Shown here in pieces: positions 29,939-39,294 of a DNA stretch of 64,000 bases. Under the pieces are notes generated by a model. The model searched no databases. It had not been told where the DNA came from and was given only the letters and a program-made list of their open reading frames with translations. Every line of letters begins with the position of its first letter. Positions within the stretch are counted from its first letter, which is position 1. A program made the position numbers and the translations under genes. The DNA is taken from positions 6,961 to 70,960 of the forward strand of contig JBNMJS010000002.1 of NCBI GenBank assembly GCA_050873965.1. Reading direction: 5' to 3'. This DNA comes from Cyanobacteriota bacterium (GTDB lineage: Bacteria > Cyanobacteriota > Vampirovibrionia > Gastranaerophilales > Gastranaerophilaceae).

Positions 29939-30863
29939 ATAAAACACATTTTATCGCTTCTATCATAGATGATGGATTTGCAATATTTTCACCTGCTATA
30001 TCAAAAGCAGTTCCGTGTGATGGAGATGTTCTTATAAAATCTAGTCCAATCGTCATATTTACTGTTTTGTCACCAGCAACAGTTTTTATAGGAATAAGTC
30101 CTTGATCGTGATACATTGCGATATAACAATCGTAAGGTGCATTTTGATTATTGAAATAATTCTTTGCAGCATCAACGAAAATTGTATCAGATGGTAATGG
30201 TTTTGTTATATTGATACCTTTTTTATGTAATTTTTCTACTGCTGGTATGATTGTTTCTAATTCTTCTGTTCCCAATATTCCACCTTCTCCGGCATGAGGA
30301 TTTAGTGAACATAGAGCAAAATTAGGTGTTTGAATTTTATAATGTTTTTTGAAAAATTCATTTAATCGAAGAACTTTTTCTATAATCAAATCTTCAGTAA
30401 TATTTATATCTTTCAAAGCACAATGTCTTGTTAATAACAAAACGTTAAAACCTTTTGATACAAATAGCATTTCAGCTTTTTGACCATCGTGTGCAAGATA
30501 ATGCTCAAGGACTTCTGTTTGTCCATTAAACTTGTGTCCTGCAAGATAAAAAGCTTCTTTTGAAATAGGTGCAGTAACGATTGCTTTTGGTTTTATCTCG
30601 CAAGCTTTTTTTAAGCAATTGAACGAATACTCTCCAGACTCTTTTGTTAATTGTCCGTATTCAACCTGACCATTAAAATCTATATCAATAATTTCATAGT
30701 TATGGTTTAATTTGTCGTATGTTTCAAAATTTTGTTTATTTGTAATTATTACAATTCTATCGTCGGGAATATCAAGACTGTTTAAGGCTTTGATGGTTAT
30801 TTCTGTACCTATGCCGTTAATATCACCTGTAGTAATTGCAATTTTATTCTGGTATTTGTTCAT
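29937..30863 (-). CDS. pdxA: PdxA-family NAD-dependent dehydrogenase (context suggests PdxA2-type 4-phospho-tetronate dehydrogenase)
   Basis: ITTGDINGIGTEI, NPHAGEGG and SPSHGTAFDIAG motifs. Overlaps the DUF1537 kinase gene by 20 nt. Confidence 0.85.
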   Translation of the reverse strand: MNKYQNKIAITTGDINGIGTEITIKALNSLDIPDDRIVIITNKQNFETYDKLNHNYEIIDIDFNGQVEYGQLTKESGEYSFNCLKKACEIKPKAIVTAPISKEAFYLAGHKFNGQTEVLEHYLAHDGQKAEMLFVSKGFNVLLLTRHCALKDINITEDLIIEKVLRLNEFFKKHYKIQTPNFALCSLNPHAGEGGILGTEELETIIPAVEKLHKKGINITKPLPSDTIFVDAAKNYFNNQNAPYDCYIAMYHDQGLIPIKTVAGDKTVNMTIGLDFIRTSPSHGTAFDIAGENIANPSSMIEAIKCVL

Positions 30864-32166
30864 GTTTTTCTATGTATTTCAATATTTCAATAAGTGTTTT
30901 AGGATTACCAAGATTACCTGATTTTGTAATAATCCATTGGTTTTTGTAATCTACGCAAAGAGCAATTGCAGGTGCAACTTCATCTTTCATAATTAGTTCT
31001 TTTGCTGATATTGCATTACAGCACTTGTAAGATGTTTCACCACCAAGTGTGATTAAAAGTACCTTTATTTTATCTGTAATTGCCTTTGTTAATTCTGCAA
31101 GGTAATCTGTTATTTTGCTTGCTAAATTTGCTCTTGATAGTTCACCTCTTAGTGAATCGTCTGAGAAACCGTCAAAGTTTTCTAATAATTTTGATGAGTG
31201 AATAACTACTGTATCACCACTAGATAGTTGACTTACTATATCATTCACAAAATCATCATTTATTCCATTTAATACCATTTCAACCGTCAAAGGTAGTGTA
31301 TGGATATTATCAAAATCATAAGTTTTGTCTAATTGTTCAATTTGATTAGAATTTATTTGTGTAGCACTACCAGAGATTATCAAGTTTGGCATTTGTGGCA
31401 TAATAACTTGTTCTGATTCTTCTGTTATATCTGCTTCTGGTAACCATAATTTAGCAAGTATGCTTCCAGTTGCAGCCGTACCTGCAGGTAAGATTTTGTA
31501 ACTAGATTTATCAATAGCAAGTACAACTTGTTCAATATCAACAACACTTGCAGAGTCTGCAATGATAAGTTTTTTACCTTCTTTGATAAGTTCATTTATT
31601 CTCATTAGAATTGGACCTGCACCATTCATAATTGTTTTTAATCCAATTAAACCAACTAAATCTTGTTCATCTTCTTTTAATTGGCTTTTGAAAAGTGCTG
31701 GAACGTAAGATTCCGTAATAGGTGAATGTGGATCTCTAGCCATTTCAGTACGACCAATAGGAGTACCTTTTGATAAATGGTATCCACCGACTGTGATTCT
31801 ACCTTCTGACGGAAATGCTGGTATAACAATTGCGGCATCATAGTTCAGAGTTTTAACCATAGTTAAGGTTTCTCTTGCAATGTTTCCTCTTAGAGTAGAA
31901 TCAATTTTTTTATAAAAATATTCAAGATTAAGATTTTTATTTAGGTTTTCAATAGTTTCAAGTATTCTTGCTTCTGCTTGTTCTGCAGAAATGTTTCTTG
32001 ACTCAGTTGAAATAGCCCAAATTTCAGTATTCAAATCGTTTTCCGGTGGTATTGAATAGTCTAATAAGATTTTAGTTTTTGCATTACATTTTTTGAATTG
32101 CAATGCTGTATCATTAGCACCTGTTAAATCATCGGCTATAATACCAACCAAATTAGAGATTATCAT
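30844..32166 (-). CDS. Four-carbon acid sugar kinase family protein (DUF1537, OtnK/DtnK-like)
   Basis: N-terminal IIADDLTGANDTALQF signature, 440 aa. It shows the conserved pairing with a PdxA-like gene. Confidence 0.8.
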   Translation of the reverse strand: MIISNLVGIIADDLTGANDTALQFKKCNAKTKILLDYSIPPENDLNTEIWAISTESRNISAEQAEARILETIENLNKNLNLEYFYKKIDSTLRGNIARETLTMVKTLNYDAAIVIPAFPSEGRITVGGYHLSKGTPIGRTEMARDPHSPITESYVPALFKSQLKEDEQDLVGLIGLKTIMNGAGPILMRINELIKEGKKLIIADSASVVDIEQVVLAIDKSSYKILPAGTAATGSILAKLWLPEADITEESEQVIMPQMPNLIISGSATQINSNQIEQLDKTYDFDNIHTLPLTVEMVLNGINDDFVNDIVSQLSSGDTVVIHSSKLLENFDGFSDDSLRGELSRANLASKITDYLAELTKAITDKIKVLLITLGGETSYKCCNAISAKELIMKDEVAPAIALCVDYKNQWIITKSGNLGNPKTLIEILKYIEKHEQIPE

Positions 32167-32492
32167 TATTCTGCGTCTTTCTTTGAACCTAATAGTCTAA
32201 TATTTGTAGCAGTAACAATGTATGATTGTCTGCTTTCGCCTGCTTGGTCAGTCCAGTTGCTTGTTCTGATTCGACCTTCAATTGCTGCTAATCTACCTTT
32301 TTTTAAGTAGTTGCTTGCAAATTCTGCTTGTTTATCCCAAACTTCAATGTTGAACCAATCAGTTACTTCTGAAGATGTTTTGCTATCCCATCTATTTACT
32401 GCAAGAGAGAAAGTCGCTCTTGATTTACCTGATTCATAATATTTTATTTCAGCATCTCTGCCTGCTCTACCTACTACAACAACTGTATTCAT
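32166..32492 (-). CDS. ssb: Single-stranded DNA-binding protein, OB-fold only (no C-terminal acidic tail)
   Basis: NTVVVVGRAGRDAEIKY...F.LAVNR....TDWFNIEVW...AE....YLKKG. The 108-aa product ends ...LLGSKKDAE without a Gly-rich linker or DDDIPF tip. Confidence 0.85.
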   Translation of the reverse strand: MNTVVVVGRAGRDAEIKYYESGKSRATFSLAVNRWDSKTSSEVTDWFNIEVWDKQAEFASNYLKKGRLAAIEGRIRTSNWTDQAGESRQSYIVTATNIRLLGSKKDAE

Positions 32493-32635
32493 TTTTACTC
32501 CTTAATAATCTGTTTAGTTATATTGTATCATGTTAAATATTTTTCTAAATTTATTGTAAAATTTTGTTAAATAATAGCAAATATTTTTTAGTTTATGTTT
32601 TTTTATATATGTGTAGTGAAAATATTAGGTGTACC

Positions 32636-33109
32636 ATGGCTATTACATTTTGCAGTTTAGATTCAAATAAACAAGTTAATTCAGTTAATGAAAATTCTTC
32701 TGGTGTAAAAGAATCAACCAAATTAGAAAGAGCAAATTTAGAAGAAAAACCAGATGTCGCAGAGTTTTCGACTAAAGAAGATAAAAAAGAAAAAACTTCT
32801 TTATGGCAAGGTTTTAAAAATGGTTATACTTCGTTTAAGAAATTTTTAATTACTTCAGCTGAATATACAAAAGGTGCTTTAAAAGGTCTTGTATATGGTG
32901 GTGTTACTGCATTAACAGTAGTTGGAGCAGATGCTCTTAGAGGTGTTGCTCAAAAATCAGAAAAAACATTATCTACAAAAGGTAAAGTTGCTGCTGGTAT
33001 TGCTGGTGTTGCAGTATTTGCCTTGAATATGTTTAAAGCCAATTTGAATGCTAATTCTAAAAAAGCAGATGTTGATCATAGATGGCAAACTGGTCATAAT
33101 AGGGTGTAA
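32636..33109 (+). CDS. Small orphan membrane protein (Gly/Ala-rich TM hairpin)
   Basis: ATG 32636 behind AGGTG is preferred to the ORF-track start. The protein has a polar leader, a Glu/Lys stretch, an amphipathic GFKNGYTSFKKF segment, and two small-residue-rich TMs (GLVYGGVTALTVVGA, AAGIAGVAVFAL). Confidence 0.55.
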   Translation: MAITFCSLDSNKQVNSVNENSSGVKESTKLERANLEEKPDVAEFSTKEDKKEKTSLWQGFKNGYTSFKKFLITSAEYTKGALKGLVYGGVTALTVVGADALRGVAQKSEKTLSTKGKVAAGIAGVAVFALNMFKANLNANSKKADVDHRWQTGHNRV

Positions 33110-33112
33110 TTT

Positions 33113-33718
33113 ATGAATTCAGGCATGTCTGTTAATAATGCTCCTAACTTCGGTGCATCTTATCATACTTATTTTTATACAACAGACGGCAGACGTATTG
33201 TGTCTGAGCAGAATATGAAAAAATGTTTGCATTATGTAGAATCGCATTTGAATGGTTCAAAGAGAGTTAAAAATTATAATCATGATTTGATTGATACAAT
33301 GAAATTCGGTCAAAAATTGCCAGATGGAACTCGTCGTGGTGGCGATGGTGATTATTTGTATATTTCAAAAATAAGGGCTGTTTTTGATAAAACAAAGAAA
33401 AATGTTCAAGGTTTTGTTAATATCGTGACGGGTAAAGATGTTGACCTTGTTAATGAAAAGTTTGGAAAGCCAATTGGTAGAGCAATTCGTGAAAGTAAAG
33501 AGAAAACAGGTTTTATGAGGTCTTTTGAAACAAAAGATGCACTTAATAGATATTCAAGACTTGCACCTAAGTTTGCAGAGTCAAGGGCCGTTTATAAAGA
33601 TGGCGAACGACAAGCCTTTGGCGTATGTTTTACACCTGTATATAATAAGAAAACCGGTGAATTAAAGGAATTTAAATATCATCATTCAGGTTTCTTTGAT
33701 GAAAGTAAGGTTAAATAA
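33113..33718 (+). CDS. Orphan protein, 201 aa
   Basis: ORF starts 3 nt after the preceding gene. No recognisable domain. N-terminus is MNSGMSVNNAPNFGAS. Confidence 0.6.
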   Translation: MNSGMSVNNAPNFGASYHTYFYTTDGRRIVSEQNMKKCLHYVESHLNGSKRVKNYNHDLIDTMKFGQKLPDGTRRGGDGDYLYISKIRAVFDKTKKNVQGFVNIVTGKDVDLVNEKFGKPIGRAIRESKEKTGFMRSFETKDALNRYSRLAPKFAESRAVYKDGERQAFGVCFTPVYNKKTGELKEFKYHHSGFFDESKVK

Positions 33719-35999
33719 TTGAATTGTTAAAATTATTGAAATTCAAATCCATATTTTTGTCATAAGGTTTGTGGATTTTTTCGTCGAAAGTCTTTATTTT
33801 AGTTTTGATACTGTTATCTGCAGTATGTAATTCTAGTGGGTGTCTTGAAAAATATCCATACAATATTGTTGTTCTCATGAAGCCTTTTTTATCCATGAAC
33901 TTACGCAAATTATCGTCACCTGTAATATATGCGTCACATTGTCTATCAGCTTTCATTGAACTTATATAGTTTTCAATTTTTATCTGTATATCTTTTGGTA
34001 TATTATTAAAATCTTCAATAACACTACTTAGTGCTTGACCAATTGATTTACCTTTTAAATCGTTATATTTTCTTTTTAAGTGTTGTTGAATATTAGAAAG
34101 TTTTTCTGTTTCATCATTTGTAACAAGATATTTATCGTTGTTGTGTGATGATTGGATAGGGTTTGTAGCAGTAGAAGATGTGTAAGAATTTGAAGCTTTT
34201 CTGATTTTTGCAATTCTTTCTGCTTCAGGAGTATTGTATGTTGCTTGAGAAACTACTCTTTGTTCTGGAACGGGTGCTTCTTTTGTCTCATTTTTGTTTG
34301 AGGTACGAGAACTACCTTGTTGGGATATTATTTCATCAGTTGTTTTAATAACATTTGATAAAATATTTTTTCGGTTTTCATCTGTAGAATTAGAAGCAAC
34401 TTCTTCATATACGTTTTTGATAATATCTGCTCTTTCGCTGTTATCAATTGTATATTGTCTTAATGAATCTTCTTCTGCATATTGTGCTAATTGTGTCGTT
34501 ACAGATTCGAATATTTCATCTTCCAAATCTTGTGTACCGAATTTTTCAGAATCAGATGCTACTATATTAGCATATTCCGTTTTTATTTCTTCTGGTGCTT
34601 CTGATTCTAATACCATTGCAGCAGTTGCAGCCAATACGTGAGTTTTAACACCATTATCTTCTGCAGTTTGATTTAAATCAGAACGATCATAACCATTTAT
34701 TAAATCCATTATTTCGTGATATTGTTCACTATTTAAAGATTCAATTTGAGCATTGGCTATTGCTTCAAGGTGTTTTGTTACAACTCTTTGTTTTGCTAAT
34801 TGTATTAAATCTTCATTAGATAAATTAGAAGTATCACCTAGTGCTTTTAATTCTTTTTTTGAAAATTGACCTTTTTTTAATTTCGCTAATTCAAGACTAA
34901 CTTCACTATTTTCATTTTTAAGGTCTAAATCTTGATTTAATTTTGTATTGATGCCCTTTGCAATGTCTTCAACTGTATTTTGACCTTCTGGCTTTAATCC
35001 ATAGTATTTTATAAGTGTTTTTGCATCGGTATTTTTGTCAAGTCCTTTTAATGTCGAAAGTTCTGGATCACTTAATTGAGCAACAAATATTTTATTAATT
35101 TCTTTTTGTTGTTCTTTTGTTAGTTTACCAATAGATGATTCTAAGTCTGCAATTTTTATTTTTGTTACATCTTGTCCAACAATATTAGAAATTTTTGAGA
35201 AAAATTCTTTTGATTCTTCTTCTGTTTCAAAACTTGCAATAACATTACTTAGCAATGATGATGTGATATCTCCATTTGATAAAACTCCTTTCATTGCTTT
35301 TAATTCATCTTTTGAAGCAGTTTTCATTACAATATTGAAAGATTTTGAAATGTCACCCAATGTATAATTTTGAGCATCTTTCATTAAATCAATAGTTGAA
35401 AGTTGTGTTAAATCTTTTCCATATTGTTTTGATAATGCTTTTAAGGTTGTTTGAGAAAATTTGATTTGTGATAATTTTTTGTATAATTCTTGTTTGTGTT
35501 TTTGTTTATCTAATTGAATTTGGTTTTTACTTGGAGTTTTTTCTTGTGAAATTGGTGTTAAATCACTTGAAGATGGAGTTATTTTTAGTTGTTGTCCAAC
35601 TTCAATTTTATTCATATTTTTACCAATTGTATTTTTATTCCAAGCATATAAATCAAATGTATCAAGACCGAAGTCTTGAGCGATTAAACTTAAAGAATCT
35701 CCTTTCTGTACTGTGTATATTCCGCCTTGTGCAGTTCTCTTTCCTGATTTGCTACTTTGTACAGTATTATTTTGAGAATTTATATAACTAGCGTATTCTT
35801 TGTCAGAGATTGTTCCATCTCCATCAGAATTTGCTTTGTTAAATTCGTCAAGTAGTCCTTGTTCTTTTGCCTGTGCCTCTGTCATTCCAACAAAAATTGT
35901 AGGTTTACTATCCGGATTCTTTTTTTGAACCTGTTGTGAACCAGTTTCTGTTGGTTGTTGCGTATTTAGTTGTCCTTGTTTGATTTCTAAATCGTTCAT
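33711..35999 (-). CDS. Large orphan protein with EF-hand loop and LysM domain, no signal peptide
   Basis: Canonical EF-hand loop NSDGDGTISDKE. LysM motif YTVQKGDSLSLIAQDFGLD...WNK......I.VGQQLKI. The remaining ~600 aa are helical and Lys/Glu/Ser-rich. Confidence 0.75.
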   Translation of the reverse strand: MNDLEIKQGQLNTQQPTETGSQQVQKKNPDSKPTIFVGMTEAQAKEQGLLDEFNKANSDGDGTISDKEYASYINSQNNTVQSSKSGKRTAQGGIYTVQKGDSLSLIAQDFGLDTFDLYAWNKNTIGKNMNKIEVGQQLKITPSSSDLTPISQEKTPSKNQIQLDKQKHKQELYKKLSQIKFSQTTLKALSKQYGKDLTQLSTIDLMKDAQNYTLGDISKSFNIVMKTASKDELKAMKGVLSNGDITSSLLSNVIASFETEEESKEFFSKISNIVGQDVTKIKIADLESSIGKLTKEQQKEINKIFVAQLSDPELSTLKGLDKNTDAKTLIKYYGLKPEGQNTVEDIAKGINTKLNQDLDLKNENSEVSLELAKLKKGQFSKKELKALGDTSNLSNEDLIQLAKQRVVTKHLEAIANAQIESLNSEQYHEIMDLINGYDRSDLNQTAEDNGVKTHVLAATAAMVLESEAPEEIKTEYANIVASDSEKFGTQDLEDEIFESVTTQLAQYAEEDSLRQYTIDNSERADIIKNVYEEVASNSTDENRKNILSNVIKTTDEIISQQGSSRTSNKNETKEAPVPEQRVVSQATYNTPEAERIAKIRKASNSYTSSTATNPIQSSHNNDKYLVTNDETEKLSNIQQHLKRKYNDLKGKSIGQALSSVIEDFNNIPKDIQIKIENYISSMKADRQCDAYITGDDNLRKFMDKKGFMRTTILYGYFSRHPLELHTADNSIKTKIKTFDEKIHKPYDKNMDLNFNNFNNSII

Positions 36000-36054
36000 T
36001 ATAAGCTCTCTAAATACAATACTTCATGTATATAAAGTTTCTTAGAAAGCCCTA

Positions 36055-36072
36055 TTTTCAACATGTTGAAAA
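36055..36072. promoter_or_regulatory. Perfect 18-bp palindrome (operator or weak terminator candidate)
   Basis: TTTTCAACATGTTGAAAA lies between the metH stop (36092) and the start of the LysM/EF-hand gene (35999), both on the minus strand. Confidence 0.3.
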
Positions 36073-36091
36073 ATCTTTACAAACTTAATAT

Positions 36092-38770
36092 TTATTGTTC
36101 TTTTAAATATTCGTTTAATATTTCTTTTTGTTCGTCTTTAATTTTTTGTATAAATTCTTTATCTTTTTGTACAATTTTCTGTGCAACAAAGGCTGCTTCC
36201 GATGCATTGGTTGTATGTACAACAAGTCCATTATATTTTGGTGCAATCTTTATTGCTGTATGTCTTTTGCTTGTTGTTGCTCCACCTATCATTAGGGCTG
36301 GTAGTTTAAATCCCTCTATTTCCATATCTTTTGCAATTTGTTGCATTTCATCTAGCGAAGAATTTATTAGTCCTGAAAGAGCAATAATATCTGCATTTTC
36401 TTTCTTTGCAGTTTCTAATATTTTTGCAGAATCAACCATTATTCCTAAATCAATAACTTTGAAATTATGACAAGTTAAAACCAAAGATAATATATTTTTC
36501 CCAATATCATGAACATCTCCCTTTACTGTTGCAAGCACAATTTTACCTATATATTTGTTTTGTGTCTTTAATTTTGTTTGAAGAATATCTATTGCTTTTT
36601 TCATTATGCGTGAACTTTTTACAACTTGAGGTAAAAACATTTTCCCTTCAGAAAAATAGTCATTAAGTATATTCATTTCTTCTAACAATATTTTTTCAAT
36701 AATATCAATAGGTTTGTATTTTGTTAAGGCTTCATTCAAATCAACTTCTATAAATTCGTCAGTTCCTTTTAATAGTGCATATTGCAATCTTTTATTAACA
36801 GGCAAAGTTCTCCATTCGTTGATTATAGGAGTTTCTTTTTTATTAGTCAAAATATTTTTGTTTGAATTAATATATTCTATCAATTTATTTTGAGAATCTT
36901 CGGATTTGTTAAAAATAACATTTTCAATGAGTGATTTAATTTCTTTTTCAATATTTTCATATTTTGGTAATTGCTTTGGATTTAGTATTCCCATTGATAA
37001 ACCATTTTTAATAGTGTGATGTAAAAAGATGCTATGAATTACATCTTGAATATTCTCATTGCAGTTAAAAGCAAATGAAACATTGCTTATTCTACCCATA
37101 AATAATACTTCTGGATATTTCTGTTTTAGTATTTTTAATGCTTCTAAAAAAGAAATAGCATTTGAATTGTGTTCTTTAATACCAGTTGCAATAGGAAGAA
37201 TATTTAAATCGAAAATTATATCATTTTGGTTATAATTACATTTTTCTGTAAGTATTTTATAGGCTCTATCAATAATTTCTATTCTTCTATTTATATCAGT
37301 TGCTAAACCTTGTTCATCATTAGCCATTACAACAATAGAAGAACCAAATTTTTGAAGTTCAATGGCTTTATCAATAAAATCTTTTTCACCATATTCAAGG
37401 CTTATTGAATTAACAATTACTTTTGATTGAATACATTTTAACCCTGTTTTTATTACATCAAAATCTGTAGATGTAAGCATTATTGGAACTTGTATTATAT
37501 TCGGTTCTGTTGCTATTCTATTAAGAAATCTTTTCATTATTTCTTTTGTATTATATTGTTCAGAATTTAAGCAAATTTCTATGATTTTTGCACCATTTTT
37601 GATTTGTTCTTGTGCAATATTTATTGCTTTATCAAAATTGTTATTTAAAATAGCATTTCTAAAATCTTTTGAATTAGATATATTTGTATTTTCTCCAATT
37701 TGTACAAATTCAGAATTGATTGTTAAAGGATTTAATCCACAGAAATGGTGTTCTTGTAATTTTTTATTGGTGGTTATTTCTCGTGGTTTGTAGTCTTTTA
37801 ATAATTCAACAATTTTTTTTATATGATTAGGAGTTGTCCCACAACAGCCACCATAAATGTTTATAATATTATCTTTTGCTAATTCTTTATATTCATTTGC
37901 CATTTGAATTGGTGATGTTTCATATTCCCCAAATTCATTTTGTAATCCTGCATTTGCATATATAGAAATCGCACAAGGTGCTATTTTTGCCAATTGTTTG
38001 ATATGTGGTTTCATTTCTTCAATACCAAGTGAGCAGTTTAAACCAACACAAATGGGTTTTGCAAATTCAATGCTATAATAAAATGCCTCTAACGTTTGTC
38101 CTGAAAGTGTTCTTCCTGATTTATCTGTCAATGTCACAGAAATCATAGTCGGAATATTTGTATTTAATCTGTTTTGCACTTCCTGAATGGCATATATGGC
38201 GGCTTTTGCATTTAAAGTATCAAATATCGTTTCAACCAATAAAATATCAATATTGGAACGTACAAGTACCTCTATTTGCTCTGAATACGATTTTACTAAT
38301 TCATCAAATGTTATATCTCTTTTTTCAGGATTCATAATATCTGATGAAATAGTTAAAGATTTTGTTGTCGGTCCAACTGAACCTGCTATAAATCTAGGTT
38401 TATTCGGTGTCTTTTTCGTGTATTCGTCTGCAACTTTTCTAGCAATTTTAACAGATGCTTCGTTAAGTTCTTTTATATAGTTTTCTAAATGGTAATTGCT
38501 TTGTACTATTGAGTTAGCATTAAACGTATTACATTCAATAATATCAGCACCAGCATCTAAATAGGCTCTATGAATATCTTCTATTATTTGAGGTTGTGTG
38601 AGTGAAAGTACTTCGAAATTGCCTTTTAAGTTGGCAGTAGAATTTTTAAATAATGTTCCTCTATAATCGTTTTCAGACAAATTATTCTTTTGGAGCAGAG
38701 TTCCCATTGCTCCATCTAGAAAAAGAATTTTTTCTTTTAAACATTTCTTGAATAAACTCTCATTAGACAT
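36092..38770 (-). CDS. metH: Cobalamin-dependent methionine synthase lacking the AdoMet reactivation domain
   Basis: Hcy-binding domain (LDGAMGT, GGCCGTTP), pterin-binding domain, and B12 cap plus Rossmann domain with GDVHDIGKN. The 892-aa product ends right after the B12 domain. Confidence 0.9.
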   Translation of the reverse strand: MSNESLFKKCLKEKILFLDGAMGTLLQKNNLSENDYRGTLFKNSTANLKGNFEVLSLTQPQIIEDIHRAYLDAGADIIECNTFNANSIVQSNYHLENYIKELNEASVKIARKVADEYTKKTPNKPRFIAGSVGPTTKSLTISSDIMNPEKRDITFDELVKSYSEQIEVLVRSNIDILLVETIFDTLNAKAAIYAIQEVQNRLNTNIPTMISVTLTDKSGRTLSGQTLEAFYYSIEFAKPICVGLNCSLGIEEMKPHIKQLAKIAPCAISIYANAGLQNEFGEYETSPIQMANEYKELAKDNIINIYGGCCGTTPNHIKKIVELLKDYKPREITTNKKLQEHHFCGLNPLTINSEFVQIGENTNISNSKDFRNAILNNNFDKAINIAQEQIKNGAKIIEICLNSEQYNTKEIMKRFLNRIATEPNIIQVPIMLTSTDFDVIKTGLKCIQSKVIVNSISLEYGEKDFIDKAIELQKFGSSIVVMANDEQGLATDINRRIEIIDRAYKILTEKCNYNQNDIIFDLNILPIATGIKEHNSNAISFLEALKILKQKYPEVLFMGRISNVSFAFNCNENIQDVIHSIFLHHTIKNGLSMGILNPKQLPKYENIEKEIKSLIENVIFNKSEDSQNKLIEYINSNKNILTNKKETPIINEWRTLPVNKRLQYALLKGTDEFIEVDLNEALTKYKPIDIIEKILLEEMNILNDYFSEGKMFLPQVVKSSRIMKKAIDILQTKLKTQNKYIGKIVLATVKGDVHDIGKNILSLVLTCHNFKVIDLGIMVDSAKILETAKKENADIIALSGLINSSLDEMQQIAKDMEIEGFKLPALMIGGATTSKRHTAIKIAPKYNGLVVHTTNASEAAFVAQKIVQKDKEFIQKIKDEQKEILNEYLKEQ

Positions 38771-38812
38771 ACTAATACCTTAATATTACATATTAAAAAT
38801 AAAGTTAATTGG

Positions 38813-39277
38813 CTAAATGAATTGTTTAATGATTATAGGAATAATGTTTTCTAGTAAAGATACAAAGAACATTAAAAAGATTAATACTGCAAATGCTTTT
38901 TGCATATCAGAGAACAAGAACATTTTTTTGTTTGTTCTAAATTCTTCAATACCTTTATATTCATCTGCGTATGGTTGAACTGGAAGTTGTTTTTCTATTT
39001 GTTCAAGAACTTTTGCAAATTTGATTTTGATAAGCATATTGTATGAATCCATGTTCATCCACCATAGAATAGTTGTACCAATACCAACGATAGATAATAA
39101 TGCACTCAATGGCAACATATATGCGAACATTACACCTTTAAATATATTCACTAAAACTAGTAAAATAATTGCTAAACATAGATAAAATCTGTTTATTGCA
39201 AAACTTCTAGTAATAAAAGATTCCTTTTGTTCTGAATATAGTTTATATTGTTGAAAAATTAAGTTTTTTTCTTCCAT
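38813..39277 (-). CDS. Small integral membrane protein (possibly RipA-like family)
   Basis: 154 aa. The N-terminal QQYKLYSEQKESFITRS helix is followed by 3-4 TM segments. The family assignment is from memory only. Confidence 0.55.
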   Translation of the reverse strand: MEEKNLIFQQYKLYSEQKESFITRSFAINRFYLCLAIILLVLVNIFKGVMFAYMLPLSALLSIVGIGTTILWWMNMDSYNMLIKIKFAKVLEQIEKQLPVQPYADEYKGIEEFRTNKKMFLFSDMQKAFAVLIFLMFFVSLLENIIPIIIKQFI

Positions 39278-39294
39278 TTGTATAAAACCTCTTT

